From Coniocarpon cinnabarinum (taxonomy: Eukaryota), in contig JAVECO010000204.1 of the NCBI GenBank assembly GCA_051942205.1, positions 1-38,526 on the forward strand: a stretch of DNA of 38,526 nt, in the 5' to 3' direction. A program made the translations under genes and the position numbers. The notes beneath the pieces were generated by a model. It was not told where the DNA came from. It did not search any database and saw only the letters and a program-made list of their open reading frames with translations. Below are positions 10,273 through 21,222 of this stretch, in pieces (positions within the stretch are counted from its first letter, which is position 1; every line of letters starts with the position of its first letter).

Positions 10273-12720
10273 CTAGCCACGCTTTTGACGTTTGCGTCGG
10301 CCACCCTCTTCCTCGTCCTCTACAGCCTCCAAAGCCGGACTACGGCCTGCACTGCTAGACCCCACGCTTCCGATGACTCTCCCACTTTCAAGGTGATTAT
10401 CATCGCCTTCACCGCCGACAGCAGTATCTTCGAATAGCGCATCACCGTCACTACCGGCTCCGTCATTATTACCGTTGATACTACCGAAGAGGCCCTCACC
10501 AGCTTGACCCGTGGTATCAAACATGCCCCTACCTTGATCATCAGTGTTTGTTGGCTGGTTATCACCAGATGCATCGCCAAAGTAGTCGGCCTGATTGTTA
10601 GGAGCATGCTCGAAGTCATACGTCCCACCAAGATCCTGATTTCCCAAGTTGAGCGTAGCGTTGTTACCTACGCCGTCTTCAACATAATCGCTGTTCAGCC
10701 AATTATTGAGATTGAAATCTTCATTCTGGGTTCCACCGCTCTCTGCGGAATTGAGATTGAAATGATCAATGCCTTGGCCAGTAGCGCCGCCAAACCCTTC
10801 CAGACCCGGGATACTACCATGAGGTGATAGTGGCTGAAGTCGATTCGTTAAGTTTTGGACCCTTGAATCCTGTTCTTGCTGCATCTTATGTAGAAGATCA
10901 AGCTGGGCCTGATTCTTCTCATACTGCTCCATGTAATTTGGCTGACCGGAGGCTGCAGTTGCAAGCATAGCGTTAGACATTGGATTTCCCGAGCTATTAG
11001 CCATCAAGGAAAGAACCTTGTTTCGTTGCTCCGGTGTGAGTGGGCCACTCGGAGATGCGTTCTCGTAGTTCTTCAACGCCGAATTGAAGTCTACGTTGAA
11101 GTTAGGCGAAGAAGCGTTCGAGTTGTTGATTAAGCGCATAATGTCGCTATTGCTGGATTGTAACTGGGGCCTGTCAGTTTGGTTAGAATACAGCTGTTGC
11201 TCTGATTGTGGAAAGTTCTGCTGCGTTGCTGGCGGAGCAGGCGTTGATGCCCTTGGTGTGGCTATGTCAGGCGTGCTTTCTGCAGTCATTCCGGGCGACT
11301 GTTCATTAACACCCACAGTGTTCCTCAGTGACGAGCTGGCTTGACGATTATGTTGTGTGGCTGGGTTCAACCGCGGCGGGATGGGCGATTGTGTCTTTGT
11401 TTGCTCTTGTGATGACATTGGACGGGATGTTGCAGGCTCTGGAGTGACAGAACGCAGATTTTCTGTCACGTCAGGTGCAGGAAGCAATGCGAGAGGCCGT
11501 CGAGCTTGTGGACGTGGGGTTCGGGATGCGTTTGCGTCTTCGCCGTCGTCTAAATCATTCACCTCCTGCACATTTCCAGAAGGTTGAGTAGAGGTCAGGT
11601 TACCGCCAAACATGTTCGGGATGTTGCCACTGTTGTCAGCATTACGGCTGTAGAAAGTAGCTAGAAATTGTAAAATGGCATTGATGGAGTTTTCGTGCCG
11701 TTCGTGTCGTTCCGTGGCTTGTCGGATATAGTTCGAATTCTCGTGCTGAAATCGAGCAATCATGGCGTTGATGTGTTGTTGCTGACGCTGAAGTTGCTGG
11801 ATTTCGGACTGGAAGGTAGCAAGCTGAGACCGCGGCATTGTGACGAGGTCCGTTTTCTTATTTGCGCTCAGCGTCGGCTCTTGCTGCTCATCGGGTAACT
11901 CCTCGTCATCACTGGCGTCGTCATGCCCTCTCTTTTTCTTGCCTGATCGCGGTTTGGCGATTAGCCAAAGCAACTCTGGCCGACCTCTTTTGAAGTACGC
12001 GTTCTCGTACTCGCTTGGACTTTTTGCCTTACGCTCACTCGCTCTCATAGAATTATCAGTAAGACCGACTTTCTTGTGAAACCCGTACATGTTCAGCTGC
12101 CTTACGAATGAAGCATAATTGTTGTGCTTAAATAATTCTGGGATGAGCTTATTGGCAAATTGTTCTTCGTCCAACACAATGAATGAGTCCCCTGTCGGTG
12201 ACCAACGAATCAGTTCGTCGTTACTGTTGTTATCCAGAAAGCTGCTGAGCTTTTGAATAAAAGGCGGTATCTGCTTGGGTGGTCTCTTGGACAGGGCGTC
12301 AATCTTCGCGCGTTCCGCTTTCTCAGCGAGCTGGCCATTGTCTCCATTCCAAGCGCCCTCTAATTGGCCGCTTTGCGTCAGCCACTGATCGCCCTCCATT
12401 GTGTGCTGTGCTTGGGCTGAGGCCGCTAGCTGATTGTTTTGGTTTCTTCGCACCAGCTGATTAGAAGCTTGTACTGCAGCTTGGTCTTGCGGTGTTGCCC
12501 ATCCACCGTCATAGAAGCCGCTGTTGACTGGTTGTAAGGTGTCGCCGGGAGCCGCGGTAGTATTGTGTCCTCCTCCCCAAGCCAAGAATTGATCATTTGT
12601 TAGGTTGGCGGGGTCAGTCATGTTGTTACCCGTAGTGGCGGGTAAATGCAGCGATGGCACAGCTGGGCTCGCACCAGGCGCGGATCGCTTTTGCCCTGCC
12701 AGCTGGGTATTTTGCATCAT
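10273..12720 (-). CDS. HSF1: Heat shock transcription factor, 815 aa, single ORF
   Basis: HSF DNA-binding domain PFIQKL..LIRWSPTGDSFIV..FKHNNYASFVRQLNMYGFHK, followed by a heptad-repeat region (FQSEIQQLQRQQQHINAMIARFQHEN..HENSINAILQFL), an acidic C-terminal region and a basic C-terminal NLS (RRKRQKRG). No receiver domain, so not Skn7. Confidence 0.92.
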   Translation of the reverse strand: MMQNTQLAGQKRSAPGASPAVPSLHLPATTGNNMTDPANLTNDQFLAWGGGHNTTAAPGDTLQPVNSGFYDGGWATPQDQAAVQASNQLVRRNQNNQLAASAQAQHTMEGDQWLTQSGQLEGAWNGDNGQLAEKAERAKIDALSKRPPKQIPPFIQKLSSFLDNNSNDELIRWSPTGDSFIVLDEEQFANKLIPELFKHNNYASFVRQLNMYGFHKKVGLTDNSMRASERKAKSPSEYENAYFKRGRPELLWLIAKPRSGKKKRGHDDASDDEELPDEQQEPTLSANKKTDLVTMPRSQLATFQSEIQQLQRQQQHINAMIARFQHENSNYIRQATERHERHENSINAILQFLATFYSRNADNSGNIPNMFGGNLTSTQPSGNVQEVNDLDDGEDANASRTPRPQARRPLALLPAPDVTENLRSVTPEPATSRPMSSQEQTKTQSPIPPRLNPATQHNRQASSSLRNTVGVNEQSPGMTAESTPDIATPRASTPAPPATQQNFPQSEQQLYSNQTDRPQLQSSNSDIMRLINNSNASSPNFNVDFNSALKNYENASPSGPLTPEQRNKVLSLMANSSGNPMSNAMLATAASGQPNYMEQYEKNQAQLDLLHKMQQEQDSRVQNLTNRLQPLSPHGSIPGLEGFGGATGQGIDHFNLNSAESGGTQNEDFNLNNWLNSDYVEDGVGNNATLNLGNQDLGGTYDFEHAPNNQADYFGDASGDNQPTNTDDQGRGMFDTTGQAGEGLFGSINGNNDGAGSDGDALFEDTAVGGEGDDNHLESGRVIGSVGSSSAGRSPALEAVEDEEEGGRRKRQKRG

Positions 12721-13692
12721 GTAGGCAACTAGGATCTGACAGGAGCATCAGTGCTTCTCTTGTATAGCGGTGTCGGAGCAGCTCCCAACGCTATGAGAGT
12801 GAAGCAGCAAGTGAAGCAAGCGGAGCGTGTGCCGAAATGGTGAAGTAGACCAGGCTCGGCAGATAAAACACTGGCGTTCGACCTTAATTCAGTCCGCGAC
12901 TGTGCGGGCTTTTGTCATCCGTCCAACGTTTGGGCGTTTGCATTTAAGTTCGGATTTGCGACTGAGCAATAGCTTTCCAGTGTATCTAAGGCTAGTGAAA
13001 AGTCGCCTTAGGTACGAAAGTAGGGCGATAAGCAAAAGCGGTCCAGTTGCAGTTGCCCTTGCCTCAATAGAAGCTTCGTTTGTGACAGTGCTGTGGGTGT
13101 TGAGCCGTGTAGAGGAACGCGGTTCTGTACTAAGGATGCGGCGGAACAGACCGGAGAAGATGCGGTGGGTTCACGAGAGCGAGGCGGGTGAGAAATAATA
13201 TTTGCAGGGAGGCAGCATCGACGAGCGTACTGGAAAAGCGGTGTGTCGCAGAAGGGGACAATGTAGGCAAAGGTTCCTATGAGCAGATGGATAGTTTTGG
13301 AGCTTTGCGACAGTGCCAAGCTACGTTGATTATCCTTGTACGATGCTTCCGGCACGCTTCACGTGATTATTTATTTCCAACGTCAGAGCCCGGAGCTACC
13401 TAGTAGACCCGCCGACACAAGACCCTTATTGACGCCCACAACGGAGACGAAGGTCAAGATTGATCGCTGCCTAGCACGGTGCACCTCGAGAGACAGCTCA
13501 CCCGGCACTCATCTCTATATCACGGATAATCGTTACTCCGACGGGGCTTGAGTTCTGGCGTGCAGGCCTTCACGCCTCGACTTTTTCTTTCAACAATTCA
13601 ATCCGTCGTCCAACGCTGCCAGAACACACCCCATCTGAACTGAGTACATACGGACGTCTTGTTCGGAGTATCGAACAATTCATAACTCCAGC

Positions 13693-14406
13693 ATGGCGGG
13701 CCTCTCACCTCAATTGTACGCACCATCAAGCTTGAGGTTGACTCGATCAGGTCGGCTAATTTGGATGCCTTTAGGACCAACATGGCCATCATGTTATTCT
13801 TCTTCCAGTTCTCAAAGCGAATACCTTTCGATGATCCCAATGTTTTAAATGGTGTCCGCCTCGCCTATATCCTGTCTAACCTCATTGTTTTCGGGGTCTA
13901 CTACTACATCATGAGGCAGATCGATACGAAGAACGGTACGCTAGAATAGATCGCAGGCTTCACAAGCTTGCTTAGCCATGCATGCTGACTCCGCTTCAGA
14001 CAAGACGACACTCAAGTATGTCGAGCCGGCGCCTATGGGCTCCCAAGACGATCCCAAGCTTGTCACCACCACAATCCAGACCTATGACAAGAGTCAAGTT
14101 TCACAAGGCATGAGGGGGACGCTCGTTGGCATTGGAATTATGGGCTTCATGCATCTCTATATGAAATACACCAATCCTCTCCTGGTGCAGTCCGTTCTGC
14201 CATTGAAGGGCGTTCTGGAAGGCAATCTGGCCAAGGTGCACATCTGGGGTCAGCCTGCTAGTGGCGACTTGAAGCGTCCGTGGAAGGCCGGCGGTGGTCT
14301 CATGGCGGCATTGCAGGGACAAGGTGCTGGCAACGAAGTGAAGACGGACAAGGCCAGTGTAGAGGCTGCAGAGAGGTCTGGCCGCGGTGGTGCAAAGGAA
14401 GAATAG
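13693..14406 (+). CDS. PHO88: Pho88/Snd3 ER membrane protein, 196 aa; exons 13693-13715, 13775-13935, 14000-14406
   Basis: SPQLTN...SKRIPFDDPNVL, TTLKYVEP, MGFMHLYMKYTNPLLVQS and GDLKRPW. Introns 13716-13774 and 13936-13999 are canonical and phase-consistent. Confidence 0.93.
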
Positions 14407-14584
14407 TTGCATTTGACTTGAGAATTGAGGTTTGGCATTGAAAGTTGAACGAGATCTTGTTAAGATACTTTTGGACCTTTGTCTTATGTGCTTTTTCCGA
14501 CATTCACACTGCACAGTTATGACTGACAGCAAAGTGACAGTTCTTTTTAATGCTGACCAAGCAGAAAAAACTACATTTGCCGGA

Positions 14585-16444
14585 CTACTGCGTGGCGGGC
14601 AGAGGCGCCCTAAACGGCTCAACTTCTGGTGGTTGCCTAAAGAATTCCTCCGGCTTATCCCGAGCGCCTTCAAGATAATATGGATACTCGATCCAGACGT
14701 CCTCAGTCATTTGAGCCTCTGTGGCTTCGAGGAATCTGCCCAGCTCCGGCGCCAACGGAACAATGCCAGTTTCGAGAACGTACTGCTCCCACATCTTAAG
14801 CATTGCATCAAACCGCCCCTTGTGTTGGGGCAGATCGCTCAGATCATGCACCTCGCCTGGATCAGCACTCAGATCGTAAAGTTGCCACTTCTCGGGCCCT
14901 TTGGGCTTGGGGATGAAGACAAGCTTGAAGTTACCGTGACGAAGGGCAGCACGACCCGCTGTTTCCCACCCTTGAATGAAGTCTTCTTTGTGAATTCTTG
15001 GGCTGGCTCCACTTATAAATGGCATCATATTGGCGCCCCGCATGTGCACCACTTCCCGTCCTTTATACGCGGGCGCTGGATGATTGACGCCAGCCATGGA
15101 GAGTATGGTAGGGACGAGGTCCATGACGGTCGCAAATTGGTCGGTGATGCCTTCCTTTGTCACCCCTGCACGTTCCTTTGCCGTGGGCAGCGTCTCTGGC
15201 CACTTCGCAACGAAGGGTACTCTCACGCCACCCTCGGTTGTGTATGCCTTGTACAGTCGACTCGGAGCCGTGGCTGCTTGCGCCCAACGCGGACCATACC
15301 AAATGAAACTGTTACCGTTTCCAAGATTTTGCAGGCTGTTGTCGTAATACTTCTGGAGGTGGGACATCATGTTCATCTGCACAATCGGGTAGGCTTCGTA
15401 AGCTGCGCCTTCTGCTCCATTATCACTCATGAAGCACACGAAAGTGTTCTCCAGCTCGCCAGCCTGTTCTAGGTAGTCAACGACTTTGCCAACATTGTTG
15501 TCAATCGACTCTACCATCCCTGCAAAACATTCCATTGCACGGCAGGATCTGGTACGTTCTTCGTCAGTCAAGTCATTCCACGGCTTCACCTCATCTGCAA
15601 CCACAGGATGGGGCTCTACGTCTGGTGCAATCATGCCCAAATCTTTCAAGCGTTGCAGTCTTCGCTGTCGCAAGGCCTCTGGACCATCATCGTATACGCC
15701 CCTGTAATGCTTGATGAGCTCTTGCGGTGCTTGAAGTGGCCAATGTGGAGCCGTGAAGGGGAAATATGCAAAGAAAGGCCTTTCGTCTTTCTTCTCATGT
15801 CGGTCCTTCAGATACGAGAGCATCTTATCACCGTAGCCATCGCTCGAGTACCAACCGTCGGGTAATTTTTTCACGTATTTTCCATCCTCACTGTGCAATG
15901 CAATAAAACTCATAGTCATGAAATCAGGGATCTTATCTGGATGCTCGAGCTGAGGCTCGTACGCATAATGGTTACTACAAGCGGGTAGATGTGCAAAGCT
16001 TCTCTCAAAGCCTCGGGCGTGCGGGCTGCGTTTTGGCGTCAGGCCTAGATGCCATTTGCCACTCATCAGTGTCAGATAGCCAGCGTCTTTGAGCATCTCC
16101 GGTAAAGCCACGACTTTGTCATTCAGATAGCCCTCGTAACCTGGCTGTCCTCGCTGTGGTGCCGTGTCGAAGTGGCCGCCCCTGGGACCGTTCTGCCCCG
16201 AGATGTTCGTCCATTCGATCAAGTTGCCAAGCCCAGCAATATGGTGATCTGTTCCCGTCATGAGCATTGCTCTGGTGGGCGAGCAGGCCGCGGCAGCATG
16301 AAAGTCAGTGAAGCGCAGTCCGCCATTCTTGGCCAGCTTGTCGATGTTGGGAGTCCTAATCTCGCCGCCGAAGCATCCGATGTCACTGAAACCCAGGTCA
16401 TCGGCAACAATCACAAGGAAATTGGGGCGCTTGTTACCGGCCAT
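14585..16444 (-). CDS. Formylglycine-dependent arylsulfatase (Pseudomonas AtsA-like), 619 aa, intronless, no signal peptide
   Basis: KRPNFLVIVADDLGFSD, the CSPTRAMLMTG signature (CxPxR), GY.T.MSGKWHLG, PFTAPHWPLQAP, FMSDNGAEG, EGGVRVP and LYDLSADPGE. First ATG at 16444. Confidence 0.95.
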   Translation of the reverse strand: MAGNKRPNFLVIVADDLGFSDIGCFGGEIRTPNIDKLAKNGGLRFTDFHAAAACSPTRAMLMTGTDHHIAGLGNLIEWTNISGQNGPRGGHFDTAPQRGQPGYEGYLNDKVVALPEMLKDAGYLTLMSGKWHLGLTPKRSPHARGFERSFAHLPACSNHYAYEPQLEHPDKIPDFMTMSFIALHSEDGKYVKKLPDGWYSSDGYGDKMLSYLKDRHEKKDERPFFAYFPFTAPHWPLQAPQELIKHYRGVYDDGPEALRQRRLQRLKDLGMIAPDVEPHPVVADEVKPWNDLTDEERTRSCRAMECFAGMVESIDNNVGKVVDYLEQAGELENTFVCFMSDNGAEGAAYEAYPIVQMNMMSHLQKYYDNSLQNLGNGNSFIWYGPRWAQAATAPSRLYKAYTTEGGVRVPFVAKWPETLPTAKERAGVTKEGITDQFATVMDLVPTILSMAGVNHPAPAYKGREVVHMRGANMMPFISGASPRIHKEDFIQGWETAGRAALRHGNFKLVFIPKPKGPEKWQLYDLSADPGEVHDLSDLPQHKGRFDAMLKMWEQYVLETGIVPLAPELGRFLEATEAQMTEDVWIEYPYYLEGARDKPEEFFRQPPEVEPFRAPLPATQ

Positions 16445-17218
16445 GCTCTTGATTTTGAAAGCCGATGCTGCAGTTGAACAATTGTTTACAAGTTGCAGGG
16501 TCAAATTGCATGGAGCGTTTCACGGGCTTTTGTATTTTGAACAAGTAGAGCACGTTGTAAGTCTAGCATTAACGTGCGCGAGCAGCTACAGGTGCCTCAA
16601 GGGCAGGCACACTGTCTTAAGGGCGAGTAGGCATGGTGGTGTATCACATCGCGTGATTTTCTCCCGCAAGCATCCTGGTGTCCCCACATCTCAAGGTTCT
16701 CGCGAGAGCACGAGAGCAGAGGTCTTAAGGTCGATATCGGTTGCCGCCTCGCAGTCATGGTCTCCACAGCAACATCAAAACAAAGGTGGCGGTCGCTCAC
16801 AGACCATTGATGCCCAAGTCGAACAAGTGAGAGGTTTGCACAAAGGCGAGGAGACTTGAGTGCGTAGGAGATGCCATCTGATTGTTGAGGAACGGGCTGT
16901 ATGTCCATCGTGAAATTGTCACTGTGAAATCCACAAAACCTTACGCAGCACTACACCTCTTGCTCTTGACCAGACAAGAGTGAGTATCTCACTTCCGCCG
17001 CACTTCTCTTCTTTTCTCCTTTGTAGCTCTTCAAGCTATGAACCATCCCGTCGCTGTGCTCGTAGTTATCTTTGACTACTTGCGAGCCCCTGTTGCTGCT
17101 CTTCTACATTAGCATATCTGGACCCTCCTATATCAAGAGGTATCTGAGGTTCGTGCACTGAATCGAAGGGTCCGCTACGTGGAAAGCACATAGACCAATA
17201 TCTGGAGGCTCAGTCAAG

Positions 17219-18035
17219 ATGCCGGTAAAATGGGATCCTGCGATGGATCAGCTTCTGCTGCTGAAGATCCTTGAAACAGTATGGCTCCCCTCGCGCTCAG
17301 AGCTATGGTTCTACGATGTGCACTTTAACGCTCTTTGTGGCTAACTTGTTTCAGCACGATCTGAAAGTCGACGTCAAGAAAATTTCTGAATCATGGCCTG
17401 ATGACCAAAAAGACAAGCCCACACCTCGCGCGATCACAGAACGTTTGGTCAAAATCCGTTCAAACGCTCGCTCTGTCGGAGCTGGCAACTTTGGCATTTC
17501 TTCGTCCCAGTCCAAAGGCCCATCGCCTTCCAAGCCTCGCGCCGCTCCCAGTGCTCCAGCGACGCCTTCCAAGTCCACCAAGTTCGCCAAGGGAGGGACA
17601 AACAACTCTACTCCAAGCAAACGTAAAAAACCAGATGACGTTCCTGTGAAACTCGAGTCCGATGATATTGAGGTAAGTCTAGCGTCCGATCCCAAAATCT
17701 CCATCACTTAGACTGAAGAGTGCTAGGTCATTGGTCAGTTCTCAACACCCAAGAAGGACTTCCAAAAGCGCACAAGCTCAGGACACAATCTTGCAGATCT
17801 CGTCAATAATCCTGACTCACTGCTCACACCTACTAAGGACATGGATCATCTTTCAATGGGAAGTAATGAGCACGATGAAGAGGAAGAGGTTGAATCGCCC
17901 TCGAAGCGTCCTAGACGCGCAAGTGCCGTTCGTACAACTGCTTATGCCAGCGATAGAGACGCTGGGGCTGAAAGCGATGTTTCTGAGTTCCACGGGGGCT
18001 TTGACGGCGCGGATGAGGAGGAACTGGCTGTCTAG
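17219..18035 (+). CDS. Uncharacterised nuclear protein with a fungal Myb/SANT-like N-terminal domain, 228 aa; exons 17219-17278, 17355-17672, 17727-18035
   Basis: MPVKWDPAMDQLLLLKIL..VDVKKISESW..PTPRAITERLVKIR has a three-helix Myb-like pattern. Introns 17279-17354 (GTATGG..GCTAAC..CAG) and 17673-17726 (GTAAGT..TAG) join the ORFs in frame. NLS-like KRKK and KRPRR, acidic tail. Confidence 0.75.
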
Positions 18036-18597
18036 GGAGTGACGGCATGACTGAAACGCACGCGAGGAAGCAAGTTCTTGACCTCAGCGTCAAAATACCG
18101 CCGATTGGACTGGCCGGTGTCTGGCGGAGGCTTACGTTGTCCCAGTCAATATGCTTCATAGCACTTTCTTGTTTGGCCTCGAGTCGTGCACATCTTGAAC
18201 GCAGTATTCCTCTACTTCCTCCATTTACCTTCTGCTTTCCTAACTTGCAGCTTTAAAGCACACTATGGTGGCGATACATTCAAAGTACCACACCCAACAA
18301 ACAAGCGCAGATTCAGATTCGCGACACGATCCATAAAATTCGATATATCATTTCTGAACGCCTTGCAGCACTGTGTGACGAATGAGCTTCATGACAGGGA
18401 ACACAATTAGCACAATAGTCCAAGCCTAAGGTCTTAGAAAGTTCAACAGCACCATGTTTGAGAGCGTTCGAGGGTAGCTTGGCGTCGCTTTTGACTGCTC
18501 GGCGACGGTCTGCTTGCATACTTCAGCCACCTTGTGCTGCTAAGCCCAGAGCTCAAGACCATCCATTCGTTAATGGTGGGTTAATACAGGAGCGAAT

Positions 18598-18606
18598 GCT
18601 CATCTC
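18598..18606 (-). promoter_or_regulatory. PAC-like element (GAGATGAGC on the minus strand) upstream of NOP2
   Basis: GCTCATCTC about 120 bp upstream of the ATG of a ribosome-biogenesis gene. It matches the yeast PAC consensus G(C/A)GATGAG. Confidence 0.4.
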
Positions 18607-18727
18607 CGCGCGCGTCATTCGAGAATCTCGGACATAACGGCGATAAATATCACTAGGAAATCGATGCGCCCAATTTTCGAGCAAGCAGAGCAACGATTCT
18701 GGAAAATCAAAATTCGACAACGCCATC

Positions 18728-20860
18728 ATGGCTAAAAAGGGCTTGAGTCGGCGTATGCAAAAGCAAGGTCCTCCAGAACCACTCAAAGATGCCACTGCCA
18801 GCAGAAAGCGAAAGGATCTGGACCAGAGGGCCGAACCACCTACGAAAAAAAAGAAGCAGACCAATGGCACAGCCAAATTGCCAAGCGAACCGGCCACAAG
18901 AGGTGCAAAGCCTCTCAAGAGCGCTTTGAAACGTCCAGCAGAGCTTCCTTGCGCCAAAAGCAGAAAAGAGGCTCAAGTTTCTGCACAAAAGAAAGCTTCG
19001 CTGCCAGAAGACGGAGAATCAAGCGAAGATATCGCAAACGGCGATGACTTTGACGGACTCTCTGCATCCGACGACATCTCAGATGATGCGGACGGCATAG
19101 ATGACCCCGATATCCTCTGCGACGAGCACAACGATCCCACAGTCGATCACCTAGAAGACGCCACCGAGCTGGCCTCTTCCTCCTCGGACCCGTTCGACTC
19201 ACAAGACGAAGACGCCGATCCTACAAGCCGAAAGAATGGCCAAATATGGTCTGATGACGAAGACGGCGAAGACGGAGGCACAGATCTCGACGCAGCTAAT
19301 ATCGAAGGCCTTTCTGCGCATCTCGACGCTAAAGCGGCATCCGAGGCTGCAGCTGCGCAAGCGGAGCTCGAAGAAGCAGCGTTACAGACAAACATCGCGG
19401 GTGATGCTGCTGGAGGAATACCGGACATTGACTCGGATGATGATACGGCGCATTTGAAGCCGCGACTGGCGCCAGATCTACAACTGCTGCGGCAGCGCAT
19501 CAACGACACCATTCGCATCCTGTCTGATTTCTCGAAACATAAGAAAGCCACTTCTGATACACGCGCGCGCTCTGAATATACGACGCAATTTCAAAAAGAC
19601 ATATGTGCATATTACAGCTATTCACCGTTTCTCTGCTCCAAACTTTCGGATCTCTTCACACCCGCTGAAGCCTTTTCTTTCTTCGAGTCGAACGAGACGC
19701 CGCGTCCCCTTGTGCTGCGTACAAATACGCTCAAGACACATCGACGCGCCCTCGCACAAGCTCTCATCAACCGCGGCGTGACCCTCGAACCAGTCGGCAA
19801 ATGGTCCAAAGTCGGTCTTCAAGTCTTCGAGTCGAGCGTGCCACTGGGCGCAACACCTGAATACTTAGCTGGCCACTACATCCTCCAAGCAGCCTCCTCC
19901 TTCCTTCCCGTAATGGCTCTCGCACCCCAAGAGCACGAACGCATCCTCGACATGGCATCAGCTCCCGGCGGTAAAACAACGCACATGGCCGCGCTGATGC
20001 ACAACACCGGTACCATCTTCGCGAACGACCCGAACAAAGCCAGAGCAAAAGCACTTATCGGCAATATTGCACGTATGGGCGTCAAGAACGCAATTGTGAG
20101 CTCCTGCGACGCGCTCGACTTTCTCAAATTCATGAAGGGTGGCCTGGACCGCGTGCTTCTGGATGCACCATGCAGTGGCACTGGCGTTATAGCCAAGGAC
20201 CCGTCCGTCAAGACGGGTAAGACAGAACACGACTTTATCCGATTACCGGAGTTGCAGAAGAAACTGCTGTTGGCGGCCATCGACCTTGTCGACCATACGT
20301 CAAAGACGGGTGGCTACCTTGTGTACTCGACCTGCTCCGTCAGCGTCGAAGAGAACGAAGCAGTGGTGTCGTACGCCCTTCGCAAACGACCGAACGTCAA
20401 GATCGTTGAGACAGGCCTAACATTCGGTCGGGAGGGATTTGTGCGCCACGCAAAGTGGCGGTTCGAAGAGGGGATGCGGAAATGCCGACGATACTATCCG
20501 CACGTGTACAACGTTGATGGCTTCTTCGTGTGCAAATTACGGAAGATCGGACCATCGACGGGCGCAGCCTCAGGCGGTGCAGTTAAAGGAGTTAACGGAG
20601 CGAAGAACGAGCCACAAGCTACCCGCGGCGAGGAAGTGACAGGCGAGAAGGAGCATGTCGAGGGCTCTACGGCGGAGAGCCAGCCTCTTGAGGTAGACAG
20701 ACCTGCAAAGACAGTCGCGGAAGAAGAGAGTGACTTTGGTGGTTTCAGTGATGAAGAGGGGGATCGAGCGTTGATTGAGCGGGCGAGACGGAGGGCTATG
20801 AGAAGAAAGGGTTTGGATCCGACAGCGGATAGGCGAAAAGCGAACACAAAGTCAACGTGA
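18728..20860 (+). CDS. NOP2: 25S rRNA cytosine-C5 methyltransferase Nop2, 710 aa
   Basis: RRMQKQGPP N-terminus and an acidic region, then RTNTLKTHRR.LAQALINRGV, GATPEYLAGHYILQ, LDMASAPGGKT, DRVLLDAPCSG (motif IV), LVYSTCS (motif VI) and RYYPH.YNVDGFFV. Confidence 0.97.
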   Translation: MAKKGLSRRMQKQGPPEPLKDATASRKRKDLDQRAEPPTKKKKQTNGTAKLPSEPATRGAKPLKSALKRPAELPCAKSRKEAQVSAQKKASLPEDGESSEDIANGDDFDGLSASDDISDDADGIDDPDILCDEHNDPTVDHLEDATELASSSSDPFDSQDEDADPTSRKNGQIWSDDEDGEDGGTDLDAANIEGLSAHLDAKAASEAAAAQAELEEAALQTNIAGDAAGGIPDIDSDDDTAHLKPRLAPDLQLLRQRINDTIRILSDFSKHKKATSDTRARSEYTTQFQKDICAYYSYSPFLCSKLSDLFTPAEAFSFFESNETPRPLVLRTNTLKTHRRALAQALINRGVTLEPVGKWSKVGLQVFESSVPLGATPEYLAGHYILQAASSFLPVMALAPQEHERILDMASAPGGKTTHMAALMHNTGTIFANDPNKARAKALIGNIARMGVKNAIVSSCDALDFLKFMKGGLDRVLLDAPCSGTGVIAKDPSVKTGKTEHDFIRLPELQKKLLLAAIDLVDHTSKTGGYLVYSTCSVSVEENEAVVSYALRKRPNVKIVETGLTFGREGFVRHAKWRFEEGMRKCRRYYPHVYNVDGFFVCKLRKIGPSTGAASGGAVKGVNGAKNEPQATRGEEVTGEKEHVEGSTAESQPLEVDRPAKTVAEEESDFGGFSDEEGDRALIERARRRAMRRKGLDPTADRRKANTKST

Positions 20861-21222
20861 GGAGTCTATAGCTTGCGAATAGTCAATACCTTTTGGTCTC
20901 TCGCAGGCCGTTTGAGCTCCATTCTCACATGCACGTGACGCTTACGTACGTGTACTGCATGCCACATCATCGCGAGGGCCTCGTAGTAACGTGCTTGAGG
21001 TATTTTCATCTTGCATCGTATAAGGTGCGGAGGGCTTTCGCCGTCATGCACGTAGCTTTGTGACCCTAGATCTCCTTGTTGCAGAAGCTTGCTGTCCAGA
21101 CGACAATCCAACAAGAACTTTTGTCGATGTAGCTGAGGCTTGCTCCGCACAGATTTTCGTTCCAATTCTTGATTCCCTGCGGCCATTCCAAATGCCACTG
21201 AGTCCAATGCTGTGCTGGCGAT

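Noticed and set aside
13069..13078. AGAAGCTTCG as a heat-shock element for HSF1 autoregulation
   Set aside because: Only two nGAAn units; a canonical HSE needs three.
14432..15472. 346-aa plus-strand ORF and other long antisense ORFs (e.g. 14101-14673, 34973-35533)
   Set aside because: Mirror frames of well-supported genes with no recognisable motifs, as expected from codon bias.
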